DNA of 52,411 bases from Candidatus Hydrogenedens sp. (GCA_049968235.1 JBMFRC010000023.1:1-52411), one strand, 5' to 3'. Positions 1 through 10,685 are shown, counted from the stretch's first letter. The notes: generated from the sequence alone by a model not told the origin. Numbers and translations are program-made.

Positions 1-2
1 GG

Positions 3-476
<474 letters not shown>

Positions 477-528
477 ATCGTTAATTAATTCACAAATTAT
501 ATTGTTTATTGTATATCAAAAAGTTAAG

Positions 529-558
529 TTGAAAATACAAATTTGTTTTTGATATAAT
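529..558 (+). promoter_or_regulatory. Sigma70-type promoter upstream of hydB (-35 TTGAAA, about 18-nt spacer, extended -10 TGaTATAAT)
   Basis: TTGAAA at 529-534 and TGATATAAT at 550-558, about 60 nt upstream of the hydB ATG. The spacer contains a 10-bp palindrome ACAAATTTGT. Confidence 0.5.
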
Positions 559-618
559 GAAATATAAAATTTTTGAAATTATAAACTATAAAAACAATTT
601 ATATGAGAAAGATGTTAT

Positions 619-2799
619 ATGAATAGTATTAACAATAATTATGAAGCACTTTTCAAGAAAGCCGAAGAATTTCGTAATTCTTTGGGTTATGGAGAAAAAA
701 TACGTATTCGCGTAGGGTCTGCTACATGTGAACATGCGGCGGGTTCTATGATTGTATATGAAGAGTTTCAAAAACATATTGATTCATCCGGAAGGCAGGA
801 TATTATTTTAGAAAAAACAGGATGCACAGGCAGGTGTAGTTGCGAACCGATAGTTGGTGTTTTTGTTCCGGGCAAATTACCTATCAAATATCAGTTGGTA
901 AGACGAGATACTGTTCATAAAATTTTTATGGAACATATCGTTGGCGGAAAAATTGTTCAGGAAAATCTTTTGGATAAAACTCCGGATTCCTGCAAGTATC
1001 ATGTTTTAATGTGTGATGGTTCTGGTTGTGGCGGAGCATTAGACGGGGGATTACGATTCCAATTTGAAATGAAACTTGCGGAATCAGGAATGAAACCTGA
1101 TGAGGTATGGCTGACCCATATTGGTTGTTTGGGATTTTGCACAATAAAGGATAAAAAAGAACAAACTGTTCAGGTAATGGTTAGACCTGATAATATTATT
1201 TATAAGATAAAAACAATTAAAGATATTGATGATATTATAGAGAATCACTTCAAAAAAGGTAAAGCGGTTCAGAGATTAATTGCAAAAGAAAGACCTATAA
1301 GTCAGAGATTTTATAATCTTTATGGTGATGTGGCGTTTTTTAATAAACAAACACGGATAGCCCTTAGAAATGCAGGTGTAGTAAATCCGGAGAATATATA
1401 TGATTACATCCACTACAAAGGTTTTTTAGCATTAAAGGATGTTTTAGAGAAAAATGACCCTGAATGGGTAGTGAAGCAGGTAACAGAATCGAAATTGAGA
1501 GGGAGAGGTGGAGGAGGTTTCTCCACAGGTATGAAGTGGGCAAGTGCACGGAAAGCAAAGGAAAAAATTCGATATATTATTTGTAATGCAGATGAAGGTG
1601 ACCCGGGCGCATTTATGGACCGTAGTATGTTAGAATCTGACCCATTTAGTATTGTGGAAGGAATGATAATCGGTGGTTTTGCTATTGGAGCACAAAAAGG
1701 TTATTTTTATATTCGAGCGGAGTATCCTTTAGCAGTAGAACGGATAAATCATGCTATTGAAGAGTGTAGAAAACATAATCTTTTGGGACAAAATATATTA
1801 GGTAGTGATTTTAGTTTTGACCTTGAAATTCGTTTAGGTGCCGGAGCCTTTGTATGTGGGGAAGAAACTGCTTTAATCCACTCTATAGAAGGGGAACGGG
1901 GACAACCTCGTGTTAGACCACCTTATCCTACGGAAAGCGGATTATGGGGAAAACCGACTGTAATTAATAATGTAGAAACCTTTGCAAATATTCCTCCGAT
2001 AATAGTTTATGGACCTGAATGGTTTGCACAGATAGGAACAAGTCGAAGTGGAGGCACAAAAGTATTTGCACTTGCAGGAAAAATCCAGAGAACAGGTCTT
2101 GTAGAGGTTCCAATGGGCACAACATTGAGAAATATAGTATATGGGATTGGTGGAGGCCCCGCAGGAGGTAAGAAAGCAAAAGCTATACAGACCGGTGGAC
2201 CTGCAGGTGGTTGTATACCTGAAAAATATTTTGATACACCGGTAGATTTTGATACATTGGGAAAATTAGGTTCCATCATGGGTAGTGGTGGAATGATTGT
2301 ATTGGACGAAGATGATTGTATGGTTGATGTAGCAAAATTCTATATGGAATTTTGTCAGGATGAATCCTGTGGTAAATGCACTCCCTGTAGAGAAGGGACC
2401 AAACGAATATTAGAGATTCTTGCCCGAATTACAGAAGGAAAAGGCACAGAAGAAGATTTGGAAAAGTTAGAGCGACTGGCGAATCTGGTAAAGAAATCAT
2501 CTTTATGCGGGTTGGGTAGAGCTGCTCCCAACCCTGTATTAAGTACTTTAACTTATTTTAAGGATGAATACTTATCTCATGTCAGAGATAAGAAATGCCC
2601 ATCAAAGAAGTGTCGGTCATTGATTCACTATGAAATAGACCCGGAGAAATGTGTAGGTTGTACCATGTGTTCTAAAAATTGTCCTGTGTCATGTATTGCA
2701 GGAGAGCGAAAAGGAGTCCATGTGATTGATACAGCAAGATGTATCAAATGTGGTAGATGTTTTGAAGTTTGTAGATTTAAAGCCGTTAAAAAACTTTAA
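619..2799 (+). CDS. hydB: [FeFe]-hydrogenase NADH-binding flavoprotein subunit (HydB/HndC; NuoF-like 51 kDa module with two N-terminal thioredoxin-like [2Fe-2S] domains and a C-terminal 2x[4Fe-4S] ferredoxin)
   Basis: GRGGGGF FMN/NADH-binding glycine-rich motif. N-terminal Cys clusters (CEH...CTGRCSCEP; CDGSGCGG...GCLGFC). C-terminal CVGCTMCSKNCP and CIKCGRCFEVC. NuoF-like core between these. Confidence 0.88.
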   Translation: MNSINNNYEALFKKAEEFRNSLGYGEKIRIRVGSATCEHAAGSMIVYEEFQKHIDSSGRQDIILEKTGCTGRCSCEPIVGVFVPGKLPIKYQLVRRDTVHKIFMEHIVGGKIVQENLLDKTPDSCKYHVLMCDGSGCGGALDGGLRFQFEMKLAESGMKPDEVWLTHIGCLGFCTIKDKKEQTVQVMVRPDNIIYKIKTIKDIDDIIENHFKKGKAVQRLIAKERPISQRFYNLYGDVAFFNKQTRIALRNAGVVNPENIYDYIHYKGFLALKDVLEKNDPEWVVKQVTESKLRGRGGGGFSTGMKWASARKAKEKIRYIICNADEGDPGAFMDRSMLESDPFSIVEGMIIGGFAIGAQKGYFYIRAEYPLAVERINHAIEECRKHNLLGQNILGSDFSFDLEIRLGAGAFVCGEETALIHSIEGERGQPRVRPPYPTESGLWGKPTVINNVETFANIPPIIVYGPEWFAQIGTSRSGGTKVFALAGKIQRTGLVEVPMGTTLRNIVYGIGGGPAGGKKAKAIQTGGPAGGCIPEKYFDTPVDFDTLGKLGSIMGSGGMIVLDEDDCMVDVAKFYMEFCQDESCGKCTPCREGTKRILEILARITEGKGTEEDLEKLERLANLVKKSSLCGLGRAAPNPVLSTLTYFKDEYLSHVRDKKCPSKKCRSLIHYEIDPEKCVGCTMCSKNCPVSCIAGERKGVHVIDTARCIKCGRCFEVCRFKAVKKL

Positions 2800-2824
2800 T
2801 TCAGAATAAATCAAGGAATTATAT

Positions 2825-4603
2825 ATGAATAAAAACAAGCCAACAGAAGTAAAAATGGTAAATATTAAGATTGATGATAGAGAAGTTTCGGTTCCCGAAG
2901 GAACAACAATAATGGAAGCGGCAGAGAAAATAGGTATTCAGATACCCCGCCTCTGTTATCATCCTGATTTGAGTTTGCAGGGTTCCTGTCGGGTATGTAT
3001 TGTTGAAGTAAAAGGTTTTGATTTTTACATGACATCCTGTAGCACAAAGGTATGGGAAGGAATGGAAATTAAGACGAACAGTCCTGCAATTCGTCAAGCG
3101 AGACGGGATATAGTTGAATTACTTTTAGACAATCATCCACAGGATTGCCAAACATGTGAACGGGATGGGAATTGTGAACTTCAGAATTTAGCCTATTCAT
3201 TAGGAGTTCGAGAAAGATTATTTTCAGGAGAGAGAAAACATTTTCCAGAAGATAAGAAAAGTAAATCTGTGGTTCGTATTCCTGATAAATGTATTTTATG
3301 CGGGCGTTGTGTTCGCGTATGTGCGGAAGTGCAGGGTGTCTATAATTTAAGTCAGCATGGGAGAGGTTTTCACACTCAGGTTATGCCTGCCCATGGTTCT
3401 GCTATGGATGAATCTGTATGTATTCAATGTGGACAATGTATTATGGTATGTCCTGTTGCGGCGTTTATAGAGCAATCCCATACAGAGAAGGTATGGAATG
3501 CATTGGCAGACCCGAAAAAACATGTTGTTATACAAACAGCACCATCCATTCGTGCAGCAATAGGGGAGGGCTTTGGAATGGAGCCGGGAACTCCTGCCAC
3601 CGGAAAAATGGTAACTGCACTACGATTACTCGGTTTTGATGCTATCTTTGATACCAATTTTGGAGCAGATTTGACAATCGTCGAAGAAGCCACAGAATTT
3701 TTGAAAAGGATACAGAAAAAAGAACGACTTCCACTCCTAACCAGTTGTTCGCCGGGCTGGATAAACTTTTTAGAGAAGTTTTACCCAGAAATGATTCCAT
3801 TTGCTTCTACCTGTAGAAGTCCTATGAGTATGACTTCTGTTTTGTTAAAAACTTACTATGCGGAAAAGATTAAAAAAGACCCGAAAGATATTTATGTTGT
3901 GGCAGTTATGCCCTGTGTAGCGAAGAAGTTTGAAGCAGATAGGGATGAACATAAAATGCCTGATGAGATACCTTACACCGATGCCGTATTAACCACTCGT
4001 GAATTAATCTGGATGATTAAATGTTATGGTATTGACTTAAAAGATTTGCCTGATAGCGAATTTGACAATCCCTTAGGAGAATCCAGTGGAGCGGCAGATA
4101 TTTTTGGTACAACGGGAGGAGTTATGGAGGCAGCGTTACGGATGGCTTGTGAAGTTCTTACGGGATTACCACCGGAGAAGATGGAATTTACAGATGTCCG
4201 TGCTGTAGAAGGTCTGAGAGAAACTGAGGTTAAATTTGGTAATTATAGGATTAATGTTGCGGTTTCCAATGGTTTAACAAATGCCAAAACAATTCTAAAC
4301 AGAATCATATCGGGGGAGAAACAATATCATATCGTGGAAATTATGGCATGTCCGGGTGGATGTATAGGAGGAGGAGGACAGCCATATCCGCCGGAGGGTT
4401 ATCATTTCCTTGATCCGGAATTGTTAGCCAAAAGGGCACAGGCTTTGTATAAGATTGACAGTGATAAGAAAATAAGAATTTCAAACCATAATCCATCAAT
4501 TCAACAGATATACAGAGAATTTTTGGGAGCTCCAGGAAGTGAAAGGGCTCACCAATTGTTACATACACACTATCACCCCAGACTACCGAGAGGAATACGA
4601 TAA
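2825..4603 (+). CDS. hydA: [FeFe]-hydrogenase catalytic subunit (M3-type: N-terminal [2Fe-2S] ferredoxin, His-ligated [4Fe-4S], 2x[4Fe-4S], H-cluster domain)
   Basis: All three H-cluster signature motifs are present: L1 TSCSPGW, L2 MPCVAKKFEADR, L3 EIMACPGGCIGGGGQP. Accessory clusters CILCGRCVRVC and CIQCGQCIMVCP are also present. The N-terminal domain is NuoG-like, with CYHPDL...CRVC. Confidence 0.93.
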   Translation: MNKNKPTEVKMVNIKIDDREVSVPEGTTIMEAAEKIGIQIPRLCYHPDLSLQGSCRVCIVEVKGFDFYMTSCSTKVWEGMEIKTNSPAIRQARRDIVELLLDNHPQDCQTCERDGNCELQNLAYSLGVRERLFSGERKHFPEDKKSKSVVRIPDKCILCGRCVRVCAEVQGVYNLSQHGRGFHTQVMPAHGSAMDESVCIQCGQCIMVCPVAAFIEQSHTEKVWNALADPKKHVVIQTAPSIRAAIGEGFGMEPGTPATGKMVTALRLLGFDAIFDTNFGADLTIVEEATEFLKRIQKKERLPLLTSCSPGWINFLEKFYPEMIPFASTCRSPMSMTSVLLKTYYAEKIKKDPKDIYVVAVMPCVAKKFEADRDEHKMPDEIPYTDAVLTTRELIWMIKCYGIDLKDLPDSEFDNPLGESSGAADIFGTTGGVMEAALRMACEVLTGLPPEKMEFTDVRAVEGLRETEVKFGNYRINVAVSNGLTNAKTILNRIISGEKQYHIVEIMACPGGCIGGGGQPYPPEGYHFLDPELLAKRAQALYKIDSDKKIRISNHNPSIQQIYREFLGAPGSERAHQLLHTHYHPRLPRGIR

Positions 4604-5154
4604 TGTGCGCAAATCAAAATATACAACAAAAAACAGATAATTGGCAGGAAGTAGAAGCATTTGCAAAGAAAACGCTTCCGGAACATATTGTAGATTTTAT
4701 TGAAAAATGCAAAAAGGAAGCCAATCCTGAAAGCAAATTAATTAAAGTACTTCAATTGGTTCAAGAGTATTATGGTTTTCTTGGGAAAACACAAATGGAC
4801 GCTGTTGCCCAATTATTGCAGGTACCTATGGCAAAAGTCTCCGGTGTGGCTACCTTTTACCACTTTTTCCGTCTTGTTCCACGGGGAAAGTATCTTATTC
4901 GTGTATGCCTGGGTACAGCATGTTATGTAAAAGGGGCAGAACGGGTTGTCGATAAATTAAAAGAAGAACTCGGAATTCAATTTGGAGAAACTACAAAAGA
5001 TGGATTATTTTCTCTTGAAGGAACGCGTTGCCTGGGATGTTGTGGTTTAGCACCTGTTGTTGAAATTAACGATGAAATATTTGGACAGGTAACGCCGGAT
5101 AAAATTCCTGCAATCCTTGAACATTATTCTGAAAAAGAAACCGAAGCACAATAG
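4603..5154 (+). CDS. hydC: [FeFe]-hydrogenase NuoE-like thioredoxin-fold [2Fe-2S] subunit (HydC/HndA)
   Basis: NuoE/24 kDa-family Cys pattern CLGTACYVKG...CLGCCGLAPVV. The start overlaps the hydA stop (TAATG). Confidence 0.85.
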   Translation: MCANQNIQQKTDNWQEVEAFAKKTLPEHIVDFIEKCKKEANPESKLIKVLQLVQEYYGFLGKTQMDAVAQLLQVPMAKVSGVATFYHFFRLVPRGKYLIRVCLGTACYVKGAERVVDKLKEELGIQFGETTKDGLFSLEGTRCLGCCGLAPVVEINDEIFGQVTPDKIPAILEHYSEKETEAQ

Positions 5155-5160
5155 ATTAAT

Positions 5161-5862
5161 ATGTTTAATATAAAAAAATATACTACATATGAAAAAGCAT
5201 GTAACGCTGCATTTAAAGAAGTAGTTTCGTTAGTTACTAAAAATCCTAAAGCATTAATTTGTATTGCAACAGGTGAAAGTCCTATTGGACTTTATCAATT
5301 ATTTCCTGAGCGTTCTGAATTGTTTAGAGATATAAAATTTCTTAAATTAGATGAATGGGGCGGAATAAAACCTGACGACCCATCTACATGTGAAACTTAT
5401 ATAAGAGAGAATATCATAGAACCCCTTAAACTCAATAGAAAACAATTATTGGGTTTTCGAAGTAATTCAAAAAATCCTGAAGATGAATGTAAGCGTATAA
5501 AAAATTTGATATGCCGATACAATGGTATTGATTTATGTATCTTAGGTATTGGAGCAGATGGGCATATTGGCTTAAATTTTCCTGCAGATACAATAATTCC
5601 AGAGATACATATTGTTCCATCACAATATTTAACTCATTCTATGTTGGATAAAGCCAAAGACAAACCTACTCACGGCTATACTCTTGGGTTCAAGGAAATA
5701 TTAAATTCAAAGGAAATTATTTTAATAGTAAAGGGAACATCAAAGAAAAATGCATTGAGATTATTGAGTAGAGGGAGAATAACTACCCATTTTCCTGCTT
5801 CATTACTATTATTATCGCGAAATCTTACTATTTATTGTGATATAGATGCTTATCTGGAATAA
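5161..5862 (+). CDS. Glucosamine-6-phosphate deaminase / 6-phosphogluconolactonase family protein (NagB-like)
   Basis: GIGADGHIGLNFP matches the NagB GxGxDGHxAFNEP signature. LDEW corresponds to MDEY. Only 6 nt downstream of hydC. Confidence 0.6.
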   Translation: MFNIKKYTTYEKACNAAFKEVVSLVTKNPKALICIATGESPIGLYQLFPERSELFRDIKFLKLDEWGGIKPDDPSTCETYIRENIIEPLKLNRKQLLGFRSNSKNPEDECKRIKNLICRYNGIDLCILGIGADGHIGLNFPADTIIPEIHIVPSQYLTHSMLDKAKDKPTHGYTLGFKEILNSKEIILIVKGTSKKNALRLLSRGRITTHFPASLLLLSRNLTIYCDIDAYLE

Positions 5863-5926
5863 TTTTTTATTGGGTGGATTAGCTAATCTTAACATGCCCG
5901 TCGGGGCGGACAGATTGTGTTTAAAT

Positions 5927-6979
5927 TTAATTATCAATGTTCCAGAGTTTTATATCAGGTAACTCTAATACAAGATTATAACCGTAAGCGAGGGAAGGTG
6001 TCTGGAAACCAGGTTTAAAATTATTGTTTAGTATTTTTTTAGCAATAAGAACACTTGAACATGCGGTTAAATCATATCCATCAGGTGTTTTCATTCCTGC
6101 CCTTTTATAAATACCTTTTTCATTTTTAACTTCCCCCCATAAGAGAGCAAAATTTTTTGCTCTTTCTTCTGGTGAAGGACCTCCTTCGGGAATGCGGTTT
6201 TTTAAGAAATTTTGTATGGGTTCTGTCCCTATAATGTTTTGAGTTATTTTAATTCCCTGCAACATAAAACTCATACCTTTAGATATAGCCATGTAAACTT
6301 CTATATTTGGGATTTGTGTGGAGTAATAAGCAGTGCTCACATCACCCCAGGGGATTGTTACACATAATTTTGTCTCTTCACCAAAATTAATCTTCATTCT
6401 TTTGGAGGCAGGTGGAACAGATTGTAGTATTCCTTCCTTTCTTATCTGTCCACCTTTTCCCATACTTTCAATTGCAGTTAACATCGTTCCGTGTGATGGA
6501 CGACCGTTAGTATAAAAGGCGAGAGATAAATGGGTTGCATCGGGTAGTAATGATTTTAAATATGAAGCGAGGCAATCACTGGGAACGACATCATAACCAC
6601 CACCAGGTAAAAGCATTATATTTTTATCTTTCGCTTTTGAGTCCTGAGTTGCAATCCATTCGAATACATCAATTTCACCGGTAATATCTATATAGTGTGT
6701 TCCTGTTTCAAGACATGCTAATACCATATTTTTAGCGGTATATTGAAAAGGTCCAGCGGAGTGAATAACGACACAGATGTTATCTAAATTATTTGCAATG
6801 TTGTTAACATCATCAAGAGAGAAGGTTCGATATTCGATACCATATTTTTGAGAAATTTCTTTTAATTTGGTCTCGTTTCTTCCCCCAATAATAACGGGTA
6901 GTTGCTGTGTCATACAGTTATCAAGAATTAACAAACCTGTGTATCCATAGGCACCATATATTAAGATTTTATTTTTCAT
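5927..6979 (-). CDS. Saccharopine dehydrogenase-like NAD(P)-binding domain protein
   Basis: N-terminal Rossmann motif ILIYGAYGYTG with ...IGGRN, and an overall 350-aa architecture typical of the saccharopine dehydrogenase NADP-binding family. Confidence 0.5.
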   Translation of the reverse strand: MKNKILIYGAYGYTGLLILDNCMTQQLPVIIGGRNETKLKEISQKYGIEYRTFSLDDVNNIANNLDNICVVIHSAGPFQYTAKNMVLACLETGTHYIDITGEIDVFEWIATQDSKAKDKNIMLLPGGGYDVVPSDCLASYLKSLLPDATHLSLAFYTNGRPSHGTMLTAIESMGKGGQIRKEGILQSVPPASKRMKINFGEETKLCVTIPWGDVSTAYYSTQIPNIEVYMAISKGMSFMLQGIKITQNIIGTEPIQNFLKNRIPEGGPSPEERAKNFALLWGEVKNEKGIYKRAGMKTPDGYDLTACSSVLIAKKILNNNFKPGFQTPSLAYGYNLVLELPDIKLWNIDN

Positions 6980-7060
6980 AAATTACCCTTTCTGATTTGA
7001 TATATAATAGTATCTATAATATAAAAAGAAGATTTCTAAATTCTTTTTTGGATTGCAAGC

Positions 7061-7852
7061 ATGGAAAAAATAAAGTATATTACATTGCTTACAGATTTTG
7101 GGAATAAAGACCCTTATGTGGCAGAAATAAAGGGTGTTCTTTATTCTACATTATCCAATGTATCTATAATAGATTTGTCTCATGAAATAAGTCCACAGAA
7201 TATAATGGAAGGGGCTTTGTTTTTAGAACGAATGTGGGATTACTGGCAGGTTCCATCCATACATATAGCGGTAATAGACCCGGGTGTAGGAATGGAACGA
7301 AGGATAGTAATAATACATGAAAGTCAAAAATTTTTAATATGTCCGGATAATGGTCTTGCAACATGTATTATAAAAAACAAGCATGTGGAAGCCCGACAAG
7401 TAAAGTATTTTGACACATTAACACAATTCATAAGCAATACATTTCATGGTAGAGATATAATGGCACCTCTTGCTGTGCAATTGGCAAAAGGTGGAAACTG
7501 GGAAGATTTTGGACCTATGGTGGACGATTTACAAGTGTTACATATCCCTGATATTCATATAAAGGATAACTGTATTTATGGTGAAGTTATCCATATAGAC
7601 CGATTTGGTAATGCAATTACAAATATAAGAAAAGAACAAATATTAGACTATCTACCTATATATGCAAAGATAAAAAGTAGTTTTCAAAAAATTCCTTTTT
7701 CATCGTGTTATGGTAAAGTAAGCGAGAAACAATCGTTGTGTCTCTTTGGTAGTGGTGGTCGTCTGGAAATTGCTGTCAATTGTGGTTCTGCGGAAAAACA
7801 ACTCAAAATAAAGATTGGAACAGAAGTCAGACTTTTTTTGAACAGATATTAA
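7061..7852 (+). CDS. S-adenosyl-L-methionine hydroxide adenosyltransferase (DUF62; fluorinase/chlorinase superfamily)
   Basis: N-terminal LTDFG...DPYVAEIKGV...IDLSHEI and C-terminal ...IDRFGN... blocks are characteristic of the SAM hydrolase/halogenase (DUF62) family. Length is about 260 aa. Confidence 0.65.
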   Translation: MEKIKYITLLTDFGNKDPYVAEIKGVLYSTLSNVSIIDLSHEISPQNIMEGALFLERMWDYWQVPSIHIAVIDPGVGMERRIVIIHESQKFLICPDNGLATCIIKNKHVEARQVKYFDTLTQFISNTFHGRDIMAPLAVQLAKGGNWEDFGPMVDDLQVLHIPDIHIKDNCIYGEVIHIDRFGNAITNIRKEQILDYLPIYAKIKSSFQKIPFSSCYGKVSEKQSLCLFGSGGRLEIAVNCGSAEKQLKIKIGTEVRLFLNRY

Positions 7853-7856
7853 CTTA

Positions 7857-8819
7857 TTAACTTCTCCATGGTCGTGTTCGGTTCACAGTTTCGACTGCTT
7901 TCTTCGCTATTTGAGCATCCTGTTCGATTTCAAAGTCAAACATTCCGGCTAAAATATGGTCCGCACCGTTGTTAAAAACATATGGGAAAGCATCCTCCGG
8001 AGGAATAGCACCTGCGGACATTACTTTGAAGGCTATCCATGGCACCTCCACATCTTTCATAACCTGGATGGTTTCTTCCGGGTCTTTGCACCAATAGCCG
8101 GGGATTTCTGCATAGGGTTCTACTAATTGCTCTTTTTTAGGACCTGTGGGATAATTGTGATGGTGGAATGTTTTAATATAAAAATCGGGTTCGATTTTTT
8201 CCTTTTCACATACTTTTATAACTTCGAGGTCATGTGCACCAATTCCGGAAGGAAGTGCATTTTCTTTTCCCAATTCTACTGCTTTTTTAATTACAGAGAT
8301 TTTTTTCTCACGAACTAACCTGTCTGCTGTTACCCCCCATAAATAGAGTGCATCCAGACCTATATCTATCAATTGTTTTACCTGTTCTTTATATAAATTA
8401 AAGTCTGCGTCTGGATATGCCGTTGGGCAGATAATCCATTGTATTTTTCCCCCTTTTTTAAAGCGATACTCTTCAAGGACTTTGAGTATTTCAGGAACAG
8501 TATGAATAACAAGAGTGTTTATACCCTGTTTTTCCGCTAATTGCATGGTTTCTACTATTTTTTCGGGTGTATTGTAGTGGGCACAGAGATTATAAACATA
8601 TTTTAAGTCGCGACTGTGGGTGAAATGAGTTAATAAATTGCCCCCTAAAAGTAGCCGACTTATCTGTAATCCTCGAATATTTCCACTGGGGAAAGAGGTT
8701 TCAATAGTATTTGGTGTTGCATCTTTTTCGTTATTTTGAGTAAAAGAAACAAGGGAAATCGTGGTTGTAGTTATGGATGTTCCTAAAAATGTTCTTCGGT
8801 TAATTTTGTTATATGACAT
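7857..8819 (-). CDS. Hypothetical Tat-exported protein
   Basis: Twin-arginine signal NRRTFLGTSITTTT at the N-terminus. No catalytic family recognised. Confidence 0.5.
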   Translation of the reverse strand: MSYNKINRRTFLGTSITTTTISLVSFTQNNEKDATPNTIETSFPSGNIRGLQISRLLLGGNLLTHFTHSRDLKYVYNLCAHYNTPEKIVETMQLAEKQGINTLVIHTVPEILKVLEEYRFKKGGKIQWIICPTAYPDADFNLYKEQVKQLIDIGLDALYLWGVTADRLVREKKISVIKKAVELGKENALPSGIGAHDLEVIKVCEKEKIEPDFYIKTFHHHNYPTGPKKEQLVEPYAEIPGYWCKDPEETIQVMKDVEVPWIAFKVMSAGAIPPEDAFPYVFNNGADHILAGMFDFEIEQDAQIAKKAVETVNRTRPWRS

Positions 8820-8903
8820 ATAATATCTCCAAAAATAACGATTAAGATATAATTACTATCTATCTATAATATAACAAAAATGTAAAAATAAAAAGGATTT
8901 TTC

Positions 8904-10259
8904 ATGGAAACAAAATACAGGATAGGTATCATAGGTAGTGGACCGAGTGGTTTTTTTTCTGCTGAGCATATTCTACGGCTTCATCCGGACTGTGAAATAG
9001 ATATGTATGAAAGATATCCGGACCCCTTTGGTTTAGTCCGTAAAGGAGTAGCACCCGATAACCCGAATATACGAAATGTTTCCAAAGCATTTGATATTAT
9101 AGCGGAGAATAAACGGTTTGCATATTTTGGGAATGTTGATGTAGGGATAGATATAACACTTGCCGAGTTACAAAATTATTATGATGCGATTATTATTGCA
9201 TGCGGTATGGAAACCAGCCAAAGGTTGGAAATTCCGGGTGAAGATTTGGCAGGTTCTTATACTGCCAGTTCTATTGTTGGTTGGTATAATTGTCATCCGG
9301 TTTACCATTCATTAGATATAAAACTCGAAGGGAAACGGGCTGTAATTATTGGGATGGGAAATGTAGCCTTAGATGTAGCAAGGATTTTATGTAGACCGGT
9401 CAGTGAATTATCTAAAACAGATATATCGAACCATGCGATAAAAGTTTTGGGAGAGAGTAAATTGAAAGAGGTGTATATTGTTGGTAGAAGAGGTCCCACA
9501 CAGGCTAAATTTAAAGAAAATGAACTTTTATCTTTGGAAGAGGTTGGAGATACAGATATTATTATAGAACCGTCCGAATTGGAGATAAATGAAAGCAGTC
9601 GGGAGGAAATGACAAACCATCCTTCTATACAGAGGATGTTCGAGTATTTTAAGAAATTTTCAATGAATAAAGTACAAAAGAATAGACAGATTTATTTTAC
9701 TTTTCTGCGTTCTCCTATTCGGATTGTAGGTGATGGGAAAGTAGAACAAATAATGTTTGAGAAAAATGTTCTTGAAGGTCTACCCTATAAACAAAGGGCG
9801 GTAGGAACAGGTATAATTGAGAAGATGGATTGTGATTATGTTATATCAAGTATTGGATATAGAGGGAATCGTTTTCCGGGACTTCCATATGATGAAACTA
9901 AGGGTGTAATCCCCAATAGAAACGGAAGGGTGGTAAAAAATGATGAAATTGTACCGGGTATATATGTTACAGGTTGGATAAAAAGAGGACCTGTTGGACT
10001 TATAGGACATAACAAACCGGATAGTTTAGAAACTGTTAAAAATCTTCTGGATGATTTATCCCAATTGAAGGAAAATAAACAGGGTTCGCGGGAGGATGTT
10101 ATTAAATTATTGAAATCCAAAAATATTCAATTTATAAATTATGATGATTGGAAAAGAATTGACAGTTCGGAAATAGAACGAGGGAAAATAATTAGAAAAA
10201 TACGAGAGCGTTTCTGTATGCCGAAAGATATGCTAAGAATAGTATCTGAAGATAAATAG
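8904..10259 (+). CDS. FprA/adrenodoxin-reductase-like NAD(P)H:ferredoxin (flavodoxin) oxidoreductase
   Basis: Two dinucleotide-binding motifs, IGIIGSGPSGFFSA (FAD) and VIIGMGNVALDVARIL (NADPH). Length of 451 aa is typical of FprA-type reductases. Confidence 0.65.
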   Translation: METKYRIGIIGSGPSGFFSAEHILRLHPDCEIDMYERYPDPFGLVRKGVAPDNPNIRNVSKAFDIIAENKRFAYFGNVDVGIDITLAELQNYYDAIIIACGMETSQRLEIPGEDLAGSYTASSIVGWYNCHPVYHSLDIKLEGKRAVIIGMGNVALDVARILCRPVSELSKTDISNHAIKVLGESKLKEVYIVGRRGPTQAKFKENELLSLEEVGDTDIIIEPSELEINESSREEMTNHPSIQRMFEYFKKFSMNKVQKNRQIYFTFLRSPIRIVGDGKVEQIMFEKNVLEGLPYKQRAVGTGIIEKMDCDYVISSIGYRGNRFPGLPYDETKGVIPNRNGRVVKNDEIVPGIYVTGWIKRGPVGLIGHNKPDSLETVKNLLDDLSQLKENKQGSREDVIKLLKSKNIQFINYDDWKRIDSSEIERGKIIRKIRERFCMPKDMLRIVSEDK

Positions 10260-10265
10260 AAGAAC

Positions 10266-10685
10266 TTATTTTTTAGAATGAAAAATATCACAAACAATTC
10301 TTATAAGTTCATCGGGATTGAATGGTTTCTCTATAAAACCTTCAGGAGGAGGTACTTGATATATTTCTGATATTTTTTCAGCAGACCAGGAGTTCCCCAA
10401 TTCATAGGTATTTACACCTGTAACAAAAACAACTGGTATATTATTAAGATAAAGGTGGTTTTTAAATTCAACAAACAACTGAATACCACTTTCATCAGGT
10501 AACATAACATCAAAGATACATAAATCAGGTAATTCTTTTTCGGCAATTTCTATAGCAATGGAGGCATATTCGGATTGAAATATTTTTGCTCCTTCCGCCT
10601 CAAAGAGAATCCTTAATGAACTTAAAATATCTACTTCATCCTCTATTATTAATATTTTTTTATCTTTTAATAAGTTGTTATCCAT
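10266..10685 (-). CDS. Stand-alone response regulator receiver domain protein (CheY-like)
   Basis: ILIIEDE ... phospho-acceptor Asp in CIFDVMLPDESG ... conserved K in the FIEKPF context. No output domain. Confidence 0.75.
   Translation of the reverse strand: MDNNLLKDKKILIIEDEVDILSSLRILFEAEGAKIFQSEYASIAIEIAEKELPDLCIFDVMLPDESGIQLFVEFKNHLYLNNIPVVFVTGVNTYELGNSWSAEKISEIYQVPPPEGFIEKPFNPDELIRIVCDIFHSKK

Noticed and set aside
2007-2279. 90-aa minus-strand Pro/Gly-rich ORF
   Set aside because: Antisense of the Gly-rich FMN/NADH region of hydB. It is a typical shadow ORF.
5863-5926. Short GC-rich motif CATGCCCGTCGGGGCGGACAG between convergent genes
   Set aside because: It gives only a 4-bp stem (GCCC/GGGC). 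That is too weak to call a terminator or other element.
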